Shown here piece by piece: positions 1 through 7,551 of a DNA stretch of 64,000 nucleotides. The notes below the pieces were generated by a model. It made no database searches. It was not told where the DNA came from and saw only the letters and a list, made by a program, of their open reading frames with translations. The stretch's first letter is position 1; every line of letters starts with the position of its first letter. Origin of the DNA: a virus; the IMG/VR virus record IMGVR_UViG_3300025141_013434, positions 1 through 64,000 of that record; one strand, 5' to 3'. The translations under genes and the position numbers were made by a program.

Positions 1-65
1 ATAACAGTATCCACAATGGACCGACATTATTTCCCTCCCGAGAAATCGTTTTTTCTTGTGTCCAT

Positions 66-94
66 TTAGACGAATGAACACGATTTTTATTCAA
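66..94 (-). promoter_or_regulatory. ECF-sigma-like promoter, copy 1 (TTGAAT-N16-CGTCTAA)
   Basis: Minus strand reads TTTTTTGAAT AAAAATCGTGTTCATT CGTCTAAAT. The same boxes and exact 16-nt spacer recur at 1832, 3574 and 7599. Confidence 0.65.
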
Positions 95-177
95 AAAAAA
101 GTTATTTTTTGCTGTTTTTTCGCCAAACGTCTATCATGACGGTTCCTATACAAATGCCCACCGCAATTGTAAAAATG

Positions 178-405
178 TCATATATCATCTTTCTTCTCCG
201 ATGCTAATTCAAGCCACTTGCTTCTTATCGTGGCAAATTCATCACCTATCTTAATCTTGTAACTAACTGCTTCATCTGTCACCATGGCTGACATGGCATA
301 GTCCCAGTCAACCGGATGAACTACCAATCCGAGCTTCTTGCAAAAACGAGACCCGATCATAGTAACCCTAACAAGGTCGCCCGTTTTGAATTTTAGCTCT
401 TTTTT
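178..405 (-). CDS. small KOW/SH3-like hypothetical protein; reading frame extends upstream of the ATG at 360 (KKELKFKTGDLVRVTM...)
   Basis: Frame is open from 432 and contains the KFKTGDLVRV motif typical of small phage SH3-like proteins. It may be reached by a -1 frameshift from 393..1064. Confidence 0.55.
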   Translation of the reverse strand, partial: KKELKFKTGDLVRVTMIGSRFCKKLGLVVHPVDWDYAMSAMVTDEAVSYKIKIGDEFATIRSKWLELASEKKDDI

Positions 406-1064
406 GATTTTACCTTTCTCGCTTTCTTGAGATCAGATTCATATGCATAGACAGGGGTTCTCCCGACTGGTAGCACCTTGTATATTTTTGATCCCTTTGC
501 TGTGCGAGTGATAGGCTTCGCATGAACTTCCAGTATTACTACTGGCTTGTTCTCAAGTTCTGTACTTTCTTTGAAGGATAGGCCAATACCTTCTTCCATG
601 TTGAGACGACGCACCTTGTTAGATTTTCTGATGATGGCCATCTCGCCCACTAAGAACTGTGGCTCGCTTTCATATTCCGCTATGACTTTTTTAGCAAACT
701 TATTATTTATGAGCTTGCTGTAAGCATCCGCACTTATAGTAAACCCTTCGGGGTCGGCTAGAATGCGAGCGGCCATATCCCCATAATAGGGCGGGTTGGC
801 TTCATAGTATTTCATGAGCCTGATAACATTGATTCGACACTCTTCGTCGAACTGTTTCATCCATTTCTGTGCGTCCAGTAGCGAGGCTTCACTGTATTTT
901 TCCTGCAAGCTCTCCAGCCATTTAACTTGAGCGGCGGATAGTTTTCCTTTAACTATTACCTGCCCCCTAATAGATTCAAGGAAATCTCTGTGTTTGTCTG
1001 GCACATTCTGCCATTTCGACATCAGGCCGGTTGTCTTGTCAATTTTCTCTAGAAAATTTTCCAC
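393..1064 (-). CDS. hypothetical phage protein with C-terminal SH3/KOW-like domain
   Basis: 223-aa ORF; C-terminal QFLVGEMAIIR...KIYKVLPVG...YAYESDLKK beta-barrel pattern. Confidence 0.75.
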   Translation of the reverse strand: MENFLEKIDKTTGLMSKWQNVPDKHRDFLESIRGQVIVKGKLSAAQVKWLESLQEKYSEASLLDAQKWMKQFDEECRINVIRLMKYYEANPPYYGDMAARILADPEGFTISADAYSKLINNKFAKKVIAEYESEPQFLVGEMAIIRKSNKVRRLNMEEGIGLSFKESTELENKPVVILEVHAKPITRTAKGSKIYKVLPVGRTPVYAYESDLKKARKVKSKKS

Positions 1065-1276
1065 GGTAACAGGTTCCCATGCTTATCCATTAGTTTCAAT
1101 CTTGAGTCGATAGTGCTTAACACCTCGCCCCCAGTGTAGACGTGACATATAAAGTCGCCATCGTTAAATAGTGGCTTTCCAACATTCCTCAAAAAAATTC
1201 CCTGCCTAAATCCCACTTCGTCGCGACGAGGCGGAACATAGACAAGATCACCCGCTTTGAGTTGTCTTTTTTTCAT
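1049..1276 (-). CDS. small KOW/SH3-like hypothetical protein
   Basis: LKAGDLVYVP motif; overlaps neighbours in operon fashion. Confidence 0.7.
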   Translation of the reverse strand: MKKRQLKAGDLVYVPPRRDEVGFRQGIFLRNVGKPLFNDGDFICHVYTGGEVLSTIDSRLKLMDKHGNLLPWKIF

Positions 1277-1424
1277 CCCTGAGTACCTTAATAATGGAAG
1301 ATTGTGTAATTATGGTTGTCGAGTGGTCTTCGCCCTCGACGAGAACATCTTGAGTTTTCGGGTAAAATCCTACAATCCTTCCCTTTCCACCTCTATACTC
1401 AACTACATCGCCTCTTTTATACAT
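1248..1424 (-). CDS. small KOW/SH3-like protein, 58 aa (not in ORF track)
   Basis: Translated by hand: MYKRGDVVEYRGGKGRIVGFYPKTQDVLVEGEDHSTTIITQSSIIKVLRDEKKTTQSG*. Fills the gap between neighbours. Confidence 0.7.
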   Translation of the reverse strand: MYKRGDVVEYRGGKGRIVGFYPKTQDVLVEGEDHSTTIITQSSIIKVLRDEKKTTQSG

Positions 1425-1426
1425 AC

Positions 1427-1675
1427 TTAATATCCAACACCGTCGTAACCACAGAGACTATCAATCTGGTCGGCGTACCAGTCGGTCAGCCTCCATTTAT
1501 GAATTCCATCTTCGCCCACATTCCCTTCTACCTTGTCTTCACAAATAAGGGCGAGAATGTTAATAAAAGTTGAAGCATGATGAGGGTCTTCGAGCTGGCC
1601 TGTTTCGTATGCCGCTGCAATAGCAGTAACAATCGCTGCCTGATTCTTTTCCAAGTTGCCTATGCAAGAATACAT
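1427..1675 (-). CDS. hypothetical protein
   Basis: 82-aa ORF, GGAGG upstream, tightly packed in the minus-strand operon. Confidence 0.7.
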   Translation of the reverse strand: MYSCIGNLEKNQAAIVTAIAAAYETGQLEDPHHASTFINILALICEDKVEGNVGEDGIHKWRLTDWYADQIDSLCGYDGVGY

Positions 1676-1801
1676 TTATCTATTCCTCCTCATGTGTGCA
1701 ATTCCGACGCCTGCGACAAAAGCTACCGCAGACAAGATACACAGAGCTACAAACACGTCTCCCACTGCGGAGAGGTCTCTTACAATTTTTTCCAACAACA
1801 T
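1676..1801 (-). CDS. small single-TM membrane protein, 41 aa (not in ORF track)
   Basis: MLLEKIVRDLSAVGDVFVALCILSAVAFVAGVGIAHMRRNR*; first gene after the promoter at 1832-1860. Confidence 0.6.
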   Translation of the reverse strand: MLLEKIVRDLSAVGDVFVALCILSAVAFVAGVGIAHMRRNR

Positions 1802-1831
1802 TTGATTTTTGCCTTTTGTCTCACTTGAAAA

Positions 1832-1860
1832 TTAGACGGAATAGAGAAGATTAAATTCAA
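1832..1860 (-). promoter_or_regulatory. ECF-sigma-like promoter, copy 2
   Basis: TTGAAT TTAATCTTCTCTATTC CGTCTAATT; the leader GTGAGACAAAA is shared with copy 3. Confidence 0.65.
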
Positions 1861-1884
1861 AAAAAAATAAAAAAATGAAAAGCT

Positions 1885-1903
1885 CAATAATTTCGGACAC
1901 TTA
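1885..1903. promoter_or_regulatory. conserved 19-bp box CAATRATTTCRRRYAYTTA (IHF-site-like), copy 1
   Basis: caataatttcggacactta; recurs at 3628 and 7639, each time beside an A-tract upstream of the ECF-like promoter. Resembles the IHF consensus WATCAANNNNTTR. Confidence 0.5.
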
Positions 1904-1908
1904 CGATA

Positions 1909-1995
1909 AGAGAAGTATAGTTCGCTCCGACCTCCAAGGCCTATTCTCCGCTTTCGCTGGTGGGCGCGAGTGCCTTCCCAGGAACCATCTTCTCT
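1909..1995 (-). ncRNA. candidate structured RNA (long irregular hairpin)
   Basis: GC-rich intergenic island. AGAGAAG-A-TGGTTC pairs with GAACTA-TA-CTTCTCT, with inner helices AAGGC/GCCTT and CTC-CGC/GCG-GAG. Confidence 0.3.
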
Positions 1996-2038
1996 ACACA
2001 TAAAATTTATAAGGTTCTTATGTAGTGTTTGCTGACTA

Positions 2039-2338
2039 TCAGTATTTAGTCATATGCCAGCCATCGGTATTCGGACATCTATAAATGCGATAGTGGCCCT
2101 TACTTACTTGTTCGGCGGCCTCTTCAGATCTATAAGCGTCTTTGAGATCACCGTTAGATTTCGTACACCCACATTTAAATGTGTCTGGTCCAAGGTGCCA
2201 CCAGTGGCACTCACTACATTGATAAGGTGCGAGGATCGTGCCCCATCGACGCCTTTGAAATTCAGCGTCTTCTAGTGCGTATCCTTCACTCCAGTATTCT
2301 TTTTTGGGTTTCCCCTTCTTGTTATAACACTTGCTAAT
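2039..2338 (-). CDS. tandem Zn-finger-like protein (2x C...KxxYxSE..A...YxC..C/T..WH), missed by the ORF track; no ATG/GTG/TTG at the 5' end of its frame
   Basis: Hand translation: ISKCYNKKGKPKKEYWSEGYALEDAEFQRRRWGTILAPYQCSECHWWHLGPDTFKCGCTKSNGDLKDAYRSEEAAEQVSKGHYRIYRCPNTDGWHMTKY*. A GGAGG-ATG at 2381 is in a different frame. Confidence 0.7.
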   Translation of the reverse strand: MSKCYNKKGKPKKEYWSEGYALEDAEFQRRRWGTILAPYQCSECHWWHLGPDTFKCGCTKSNGDLKDAYRSEEAAEQVSKGHYRIYRCPNTDGWHMTKY

Positions 2339-2518
2339 CGTATATCAAAATATGCAATCTGCCAGGATGCTCTTCGTACATCTATCCTCCGTTTCTAGTT
2401 TGAGCTAATCAATACTGCAACCTCGCGTTTGCACAGTATCGACGTATTAAAAAATTACCATGCGTCTTTGTGGCAATACTCGTCTGCTGGATTCTTTTCT
2501 TTTCTGGAAAGAGGAGTC

Positions 2519-2812
2519 TTACTTATTTTGCTCAACCCAGTCAGCAATCTTGTCACACAAAATAAGCCGGTCGTTTTCATCGTCCATACTAAGTGATTCA
2601 TTTTGTGATAAGACCTCCCAAATTTCTGCAAAAAGCTTATCACGAGATTCTTCTTGCTTCGCTCTTTCCTCTTCGATTCTAGAATCTGGAGTGAAGCCGG
2701 ATATTTCTCTACCGAGACAGACTTCGACCTTCGGATTGCAGTAGCTGTGTGCCACAGAGTGTAAGCTCCATCGCACACCGCCCGGTACCTTCTCTTCTTT
2801 CCAGTTTGACAC
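2519..2812 (-). CDS. hypothetical protein
   Basis: GTG start after GGAG, overlapping the upstream stop codon; 97 aa. Confidence 0.6.
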   Translation of the reverse strand: MSNWKEEKVPGGVRWSLHSVAHSYCNPKVEVCLGREISGFTPDSRIEEERAKQEESRDKLFAEIWEVLSQNESLSMDDENDRLILCDKIADWVEQNK

Positions 2813-3015
2813 TAATCTTCTCCGATGTGGGAGGAGACATCATTCGCAACCATAGTGAGTGCATCGACGACATCGAAAGCATCATCGGGACTGATAGCTA
2901 TTTTGAACTTATCTCCTACCTCTATTGTCACGAACCCCATGTGTTCTGAGATTTCCACCAACAGGTGATCACCTGTCGAATCTGCAACATATACACTCTT
3001 TACGTTACTAAACAA
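2812..3015 (-). CDS. hypothetical protein
   Basis: TTG start after AGGAG; 67 aa. Confidence 0.65.
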   Translation of the reverse strand: MFSNVKSVYVADSTGDHLLVEISEHMGFVTIEVGDKFKIAISPDDAFDVVDALTMVANDVSSHIGED

Positions 3016-3026
3016 CTTCTTCTCCT

Positions 3027-3536
3027 TTACCAGATGTATACCAGTGACGCGCCAGGGATAGGAAGAATGCCTCTCAACCCTAACTTCACCTTATTAACAT
3101 TATTTTCTGTGACAGATTCCGCTCCAAAGATTGCAGCAATGGGCAACTCTAAAGACAGCCCCACATTCGGTGCTACCTGAAACTCAAACCCAATTCCAGG
3201 GCCGATACCTATTAGTGTGCCTGTTTCTTCTTCTCCGAATTCCCGGTTTTCCCAACTGTGGATAACCCCTGCCCCAAGTGTAACGAAGGCTTTCCCTGTA
3301 CGGTTCATACTCAGCAAATACATGCCTTGAATGCCGCCAGACAAGAACCCGGAATCTTCAGCAACCACAGGGATTCCGGTTACCTTGATGCCTAACCTAG
3401 TATCCTCGTTGATATTCCTGTATGTTATACCGATGCCGTTGGTGATGCCTACACTCATGCCGACTGCATGTTCAGCACTTGCGAAGGTTGGAACCACCAT
3501 GATCGCGGCAAGTAAAATAATTTTGAGTGACCTCAT
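3027..3536 (-). CDS. outer-membrane beta-barrel protein (small, probably 8-stranded)
   Basis: Start MRSLK after AGGAG; signal peptide ending ASA-E; alternating Gly/hydrophobic strands; C-terminal aromatic motif (LVYIW). Confidence 0.7.
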   Translation of the reverse strand: MRSLKIILLAAIMVVPTFASAEHAVGMSVGITNGIGITYRNINEDTRLGIKVTGIPVVAEDSGFLSGGIQGMYLLSMNRTGKAFVTLGAGVIHSWENREFGEEETGTLIGIGPGIGFEFQVAPNVGLSLELPIAAIFGAESVTENNVNKVKLGLRGILPIPGASLVYIW

Positions 3537-3573
3537 TTTTTCTCCTAAAAAGTTTCTTTTTTGTCTCACGTAT

Positions 3574-3602
3574 TTTGACGCCGGAAGCGCATATTCATTC
3601 AA
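3574..3602 (-). promoter_or_regulatory. ECF-sigma-like promoter, copy 3
   Basis: TTGAAT GAATATGCGCTTCCGG CGTCAAAAT upstream of the OMP gene. Confidence 0.65.
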
Positions 3603-3627
3603 AAAAAAGTGAAAAATCGTATTTCTT

Positions 3628-3646
3628 CAATAATTTCAAGTATTTA
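3628..3646. promoter_or_regulatory. IHF-like 19-bp box, copy 2
   Basis: caataatttcaagtattta. Confidence 0.5.
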
Positions 3647-3650
3647 TGTC

Positions 3651-3735
3651 TGGTAGGGATAGAGGGGATCGAACCCACACAACCAAAGTCGGGAGATTTT
3701 AAGTCTCCTGCGTCTACCTATTTCGCCATATCCCC
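3651..3735 (-). tRNA. trnL: tRNA-Leu (anticodon TAA), CCA encoded
   Basis: GGGGATATGGCGAAATAGGTAGACGC...GGAGA-CTTAAAA-TCTCC, long variable arm, GGTTCGATCCC, ends ACCA. Confidence 0.95.
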
Positions 3736-3740
3736 ATAAC

Positions 3741-4325
3741 TCATTCATCTGGAAAGTTTAGCCTTGCAAACTCTCCGTGTAGTTCTTTTGCTTTCTTGTC
3801 ATATGCCCTGGCTGCATCTTCTTTTGTGGCGTAATACCCTAACTTTATGTGCCTCTTCCTTTTCGCAGGAGTGTTTGGGTCTGCGATGTATGCCTGAAAT
3901 GGCTTTTTTGGCAGCCAATAGTGGTAAGTGACTTCTCCCGTTTTCTTACTAACGTATTTTTGTTTCCATGGTTTCTTCACTTCATACACACCTTTATAGC
4001 CCGACTGACTATCAGAGCGCAACTTCTTATTCATACAATTTTGAGATCTCGTACACAGCCTCAAATTCTGCTTTCTGTTGTCTAGGGTATCGCCGTTAAT
4101 ATGATCAACGTCCATGCCTTTTGGGGCATCCATAATAACTCTGTGCATGAGCGTCGTCACATGGCTCCACGCCATGGCGTAATGGGTTGCGCCGGGGGGA
4201 CAGTGGGCATACCACTTAGATCTTGGGCCGAGAGCACTCATCACCTTTTCGTAGTCTTCATCGTCAATAAGGGCAACCTGATCAGAAAGTGTATCTTTAT
4301 TTTCCCATAGTTTAATTTTTTTCAT
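3741..4325 (-). CDS. HNH endonuclease with C-terminal AP2 DNA-binding domain
   Basis: MHRVIM..VDHINGDTLDNRKQNLR HNH motif; SGYKGV...LGYY..KEDAARAYD..A..LHGEFARLNF AP2 motif. Confidence 0.92.
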   Translation of the reverse strand: MKKIKLWENKDTLSDQVALIDDEDYEKVMSALGPRSKWYAHCPPGATHYAMAWSHVTTLMHRVIMDAPKGMDVDHINGDTLDNRKQNLRLCTRSQNCMNKKLRSDSQSGYKGVYEVKKPWKQKYVSKKTGEVTYHYWLPKKPFQAYIADPNTPAKRKRHIKLGYYATKEDAARAYDKKAKELHGEFARLNFPDE

Positions 4326-4590
4326 TCTGTTCCGCCATATCCCCGTCGCGAATCACTAAATCAACATCTATCTCGTCCGTGTCAAATTCAATCCAGACCC
4401 TTGCACCACAGCCCAGTGGCTTGTGGGGGCTATACACAACTTTACCTATAACAGCGCCATCTTTTTTGAGGATCGCCTCATGAGCATACTTGTTCTCCTT
4501 GTATGTCTTCACTGTCAAGACCGGATCATCTGTACCATTTTTGGTGTTGGCGCGTATTTTGTGCTGATTCACATGAATAATTTTTTTCAT
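4312..4590 (-). CDS. conserved phage hypothetical protein
   Basis: KKIIHVNQHKIRAN...PVLTVK...KPLGCGARVWIE pattern recognisable from many large phages. Confidence 0.75.
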   Translation of the reverse strand: MKKIIHVNQHKIRANTKNGTDDPVLTVKTYKENKYAHEAILKKDGAVIGKVVYSPHKPLGCGARVWIEFDTDEIDVDLVIRDGDMAEQNEKN

Positions 4591-4838
4591 TTATTCTGCT
4601 TTGCTCGTTCTTTTTTCTCCAGGGCTTCGCGGACTTTCTCCAAGTCTCTTTGCAACATCCTCATCTCCGCTGTCAGCAAGCCAACTTCCTGTATCACCTT
4701 TGATTTGTTCTTTGCCTGGATCAATGCAATGTCGGCTGTCACAGCGTTTGACTCTACCGTCTTCTGCATGATCATAAACCCAACACCAACCAAAGCTAAC
4801 AGCAATCCGATTGCTATTCTATCTAGAAATTTCATCAT
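4587..4838 (-). CDS. N-terminal TM + coiled-coil protein
   Basis: Hydrophobic segment IAIGLLLALVGVGFMIM followed by a heptad-rich tail. Confidence 0.65.
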   Translation of the reverse strand: MMKFLDRIAIGLLLALVGVGFMIMQKTVESNAVTADIALIQAKNKSKVIQEVGLLTAEMRMLQRDLEKVREALEKKERAKQNK

Positions 4839-5025
4839 CTTGTTCTACTCCAAAACATCCAATCTCGCACCAACAATAAGAGCGAGGGTCTCCAGGTTCC
4901 ATGCATTCATCAACGCAAGGACCATTATGTAAATCACTTTCAGGCTTCCAGCAGTACCAGCCTTGAGGCGTAACGTCTTCGGCACAGCCCAATAGCAGTG
5001 CCGCCACCAACATTGCAATTCTCAT
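4819..5025 (-). CDS. small Cys-rich lipoprotein
   Basis: Signal peptide with lipobox LLGC; six Cys in the mature part. Confidence 0.65.
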   Translation of the reverse strand: MRIAMLVAALLLGCAEDVTPQGWYCWKPESDLHNGPCVDECMEPGDPRSYCWCEIGCFGVEQDDEISR

Positions 5026-5318
5026 TTGTACCTACATTCATCAACCGAATTGACTCCACGATAGGCTGAATAACCGAATATCAAATAAGATATCGCCAGT
5101 GTGAGCGCGACTCTTTTTTCTGCCCCAGTCTCTGCTCGATGGGCCATGACGCCCGTACCAATTGCACTGGCCACTGCGCCACCGGCATCTGTGATGGGTG
5201 CTGCATAGCTTCTGGTGCATGGAATCGAGTCTCTTGCGGCTACTGTTGTGAGGGAGCAGCCACTGAAAACTATGGCAAATGCTAAAATTACAACTTTCAA
5301 TGATATCTCCTTTGACAT
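5022..5318 (-). CDS. lipoprotein, paralog family GCSL...CTxxxxAPxxD...S/G..YG...ECR (copy 3)
   Basis: FSGC lipobox; CTRSYAAPITD; two hydrophobic helices; ECR end. Confidence 0.7.
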   Translation of the reverse strand: MSKEISLKVVILAFAIVFSGCSLTTVAARDSIPCTRSYAAPITDAGGAVASAIGTGVMAHRAETGAEKRVALTLAISYLIFGYSAYRGVNSVDECRYK

Positions 5319-5623
5319 TCACCGATATGATATGTTCCATAAATACCTGAACCTCCTGCTATGACAACAGCACTATAAAAAGCGCCGTTCATCATCACAT
5401 GGCGAGTGGCTGCGAATGGGTCAAAACGCGATCCTTCTTCGATCTTGTTCTCGTGATTATAATGCAACCTCAAACCTAAAGCTGCGACCATCAGGGCGAA
5501 GTCAATCACCGGGGCTACTTCGCTTTCGGTACATTTTCTCTTGTGCGTCTTGTGTGTATTGACTGTTGCCAGCGAACAACCACACCCAAGTATAATTGCT
5601 AGTGTTAAAATTAATGTTTTCAT
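5297..5623 (-). CDS. lipoprotein paralog (copy 2)
   Basis: MKTLILTLAIILGCGCSLATVNTHKTHKRKCTESEVAPVID...ECQR. Confidence 0.75.
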   Translation of the reverse strand: MKTLILTLAIILGCGCSLATVNTHKTHKRKCTESEVAPVIDFALMVAALGLRLHYNHENKIEEGSRFDPFAATRHVMMNGAFYSAVVIAGGSGIYGTYHIGECQRRYH

Positions 5624-5955
5624 TTTCCTTTTCTCTCCCGGCATTCAGCAACTTCCCTGTATCCGTGAGTAGCTGAAAATCCGGAGACGATTGCCATGGC
5701 AGCTGCGCCGAGCGCGATGGGCATAATATCGCCGGATGTTGCTGACGGTGAACCATTCCCCCCGCCGCAACATCCGGCCATGGCCATTGGTAAAACTCCC
5801 AAAACAAAAAGAGGGGGTACTACCAACAATGTGTCGACAGCAGGCGCGACATAATGCGTCGTACACTTTCTCTTGTGTGTCTTGTATGTATTGACTGTTG
5901 CTAGGGAACAGCCACCCAGCATAATTGCTAGTGTTAAGATTAGTGTTTTCATTTC
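5535..5955. repeat. ~90-nt imperfect direct repeat (5535-5627 and 5867-5955) encoding the shared 5' ends of two lipoprotein genes
   Basis: tttctcttgtgYgtcttgtRtgtattgactgttgcYag...ataattgctagtgttaaRattaRtgttttcattt occurs twice. Confidence 0.85.
5620..5952 (-). CDS. lipoprotein paralog (copy 1)
   Basis: MKTLILTLAIMLGGCSLATVNTYKTHKRKCTTHYVAPAVD...ECRE. Confidence 0.75.
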   Translation of the reverse strand: MKTLILTLAIMLGGCSLATVNTYKTHKRKCTTHYVAPAVDTLLVVPPLFVLGVLPMAMAGCCGGGNGSPSATSGDIMPIALGAAAMAIVSGFSATHGYREVAECRERKGK

Positions 5956-6533
5956 TTCTTTTCGACCTTTTTTAGTGCGTTGAATAAAACCTGCATGACG
6001 ACCGAACTTCTCTTGAAGCCCGAAGTCTTTGTGCCGGTCTGATATTTGTGAATGCCTACTGATTCATATGCATCATCCACTAGCTTTTTTACCTCCTCTA
6101 AAGAAGAAAATTGTTGTGCAATTTTGCTCCAATCTTCCTCTTTTATACCCAGTGATTCCTGGCCGCGGCGGATCTCTTCTATCCACTGCCTGCCACAGGA
6201 TGGGGCCTTCTCAAACCATCTCCAAAAAATTTCTGGATTTAGACAGTCCGGGCTGGCGTCATGGCATCGACGACACATTAGCACTAGATTATTAACTTCA
6301 TCAGATCCGCCGAGAGAGCGAGGCACAATATGACATCTTTGCAGAAATTTTGCCTTATTCCAGCGGCTGTACGGACTGCCGAGGCCGGAGCAGGCAGGGA
6401 TATGTTCATGGTAATCACACGCCCAACATGATGGCTCGCAAGATTCTTGTAATAAGATCTTGTGATGAGCGTCGACGTTATCAAGCCAATATTTTGCAAT
6501 CTTAGATTTTATAGGCATTTTTCGTTTTGCCAT
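5949..6533 (-). CDS. HNH endonuclease
   Basis: CWAC...LQRCHIVPRSLGGSDEVNNLVLMCRRCH motif. Confidence 0.88.
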   Translation of the reverse strand: MAKRKMPIKSKIAKYWLDNVDAHHKILLQESCEPSCWACDYHEHIPACSGLGSPYSRWNKAKFLQRCHIVPRSLGGSDEVNNLVLMCRRCHDASPDCLNPEIFWRWFEKAPSCGRQWIEEIRRGQESLGIKEEDWSKIAQQFSSLEEVKKLVDDAYESVGIHKYQTGTKTSGFKRSSVVMQVLFNALKKVEKKK

Positions 6534-6550
6534 TAAGATATCTCTTTCTT

Positions 6551-6627
6551 TGGTCCGCTACCAAGGAATTGAACCTTGCTCAAAGACGCTTATAAGACGC
6601 CTCCTGACTACCAGCCAGCCGTAGCGG
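6551..6627 (-). tRNA. trnI: tRNA-Ile (anticodon TAT), CCA encoded
   Basis: CCGCTAC/GTAGCGG acceptor stem, GGCGT-CTTATAA-GCGTC anticodon arm, GGTTCAATTCC T-arm, A73 + CCA. Confidence 0.88.
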
Positions 6628-6630
6628 TTA

Positions 6631-6825
6631 TTATTTTTTGCTTAGTATTTCACATTCGCTGGCTAGGACATAGAGTAGGTTCTTTTCTACTGGACTGTAT
6701 GCCAAATACTTATGTTCGATAATCGCGGGACTTCCAGATGCATGAACCGATATTACTATCATTGGATCGTGCCTGTGTGCCCACGGTTTAACTGATCTTA
6801 TTAAGTCTCCACAGTCCGCTATCAT
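6631..6825 (-). CDS. small KOW/SH3-like hypothetical protein
   Basis: Likely start MIADCGDLIRSV; ATG overlaps the upstream TGA. Confidence 0.6.
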   Translation of the reverse strand: MIADCGDLIRSVKPWAHRHDPMIVISVHASGSPAIIEHKYLAYSPVEKNLLYVLASECEILSKK

Positions 6826-7040
6826 CGACACTTTTTGACGCGGCTGATGCGACAAATCTTGTGGCCGTAACGATTATAACGACATTTTTTTTGTCGGACA
6901 GTGCGACAATCTCTTCTGCGGCGGACCTCGACATCGACGCCCGAATCGATAACAACCGATGGGCCAACGAGTCGATGCGGACGGGCGTGTATGGTGCAAC
7001 CCATAAAACTCAACGACAGCAGTAACATTAAAAATTTCAT
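6822..7040 (-). CDS. Arg-rich small lipoprotein
   Basis: MKFLMLLLSLSFMGC signal/lipobox after GGAG; basic, Cys-containing C-terminus. Confidence 0.65.
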   Translation of the reverse strand: MKFLMLLLSLSFMGCTIHARPHRLVGPSVVIDSGVDVEVRRRRDCRTVRQKKCRYNRYGHKICRISRVKKCR

Positions 7041-7061
7041 TTTAATTCTCCATTTTTTATA

Positions 7062-7090
7062 ATCATAAAACAAATAATCTCAAAAGTCAA
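7062..7090 (-). promoter_or_regulatory. sigma70-type promoter TTGACT-N17-TATGAT
   Basis: Near-consensus hexamers with a 17-nt spacer in an intergenic region. Confidence 0.75.
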
Positions 7091-7098
7091 ATACTTTT

Positions 7099-7551
7099 TT
7101 ACGGATCATATGGGTCTTCATTTTCATCTAGGTCATCAAAAAAAAACGGATTGGGTGAGGCCATTGGAGCCGTGGTTTGCTCTTCTCTTCTCTTCTTTTT
7201 CTCTGTCTTTCTTATAACGAAAGAGTTGCCCTTTAACACAGGTGCCGGTGGGATTGATTCTTCATCATGCAACTCAAGATTCGACTGAGACTGTACGACA
7301 AAACTCGTAGGATCCCCCCCTGTATATACTCTGAGTTTATCGCCCGTCTTCAAGGTAATGACGGGGTCTTTGTCCTTGATTCTTGGATGCTGTACGAATT
7401 GCATCGCCGTGAGAGACTTTGATCTCGTAGCAAATCCTGTGGCCCTCTGGACAGAGACCAATATATTAAACTTTCCCAAAGCATCTGGTTTTATTCTCTT
7501 TCTCCTGTCATCGACCACATACGAAATTGATTCAATCCTCATCATTCTCAC
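7099..7551 (-). CDS. hypothetical protein
   Basis: 150-aa ORF downstream of ECF-like promoter copy 4. Confidence 0.65.
   Translation of the reverse strand: MRMMRIESISYVVDDRRKRIKPDALGKFNILVSVQRATGFATRSKSLTAMQFVQHPRIKDKDPVITLKTGDKLRVYTGGDPTSFVVQSQSNLELHDEESIPPAPVLKGNSFVIRKTEKKKRREEQTTAPMASPNPFFFDDLDENEDPYDP

Noticed and set aside
1800-2518. ~700-nt apparent intergenic gap as a giant ncRNA (ROOL/GOLLD-like)
   Set aside because: Most of it is explained by the hidden Zn-finger ORF, its leader and the promoter; only about 120 nt remain as an RNA candidate.
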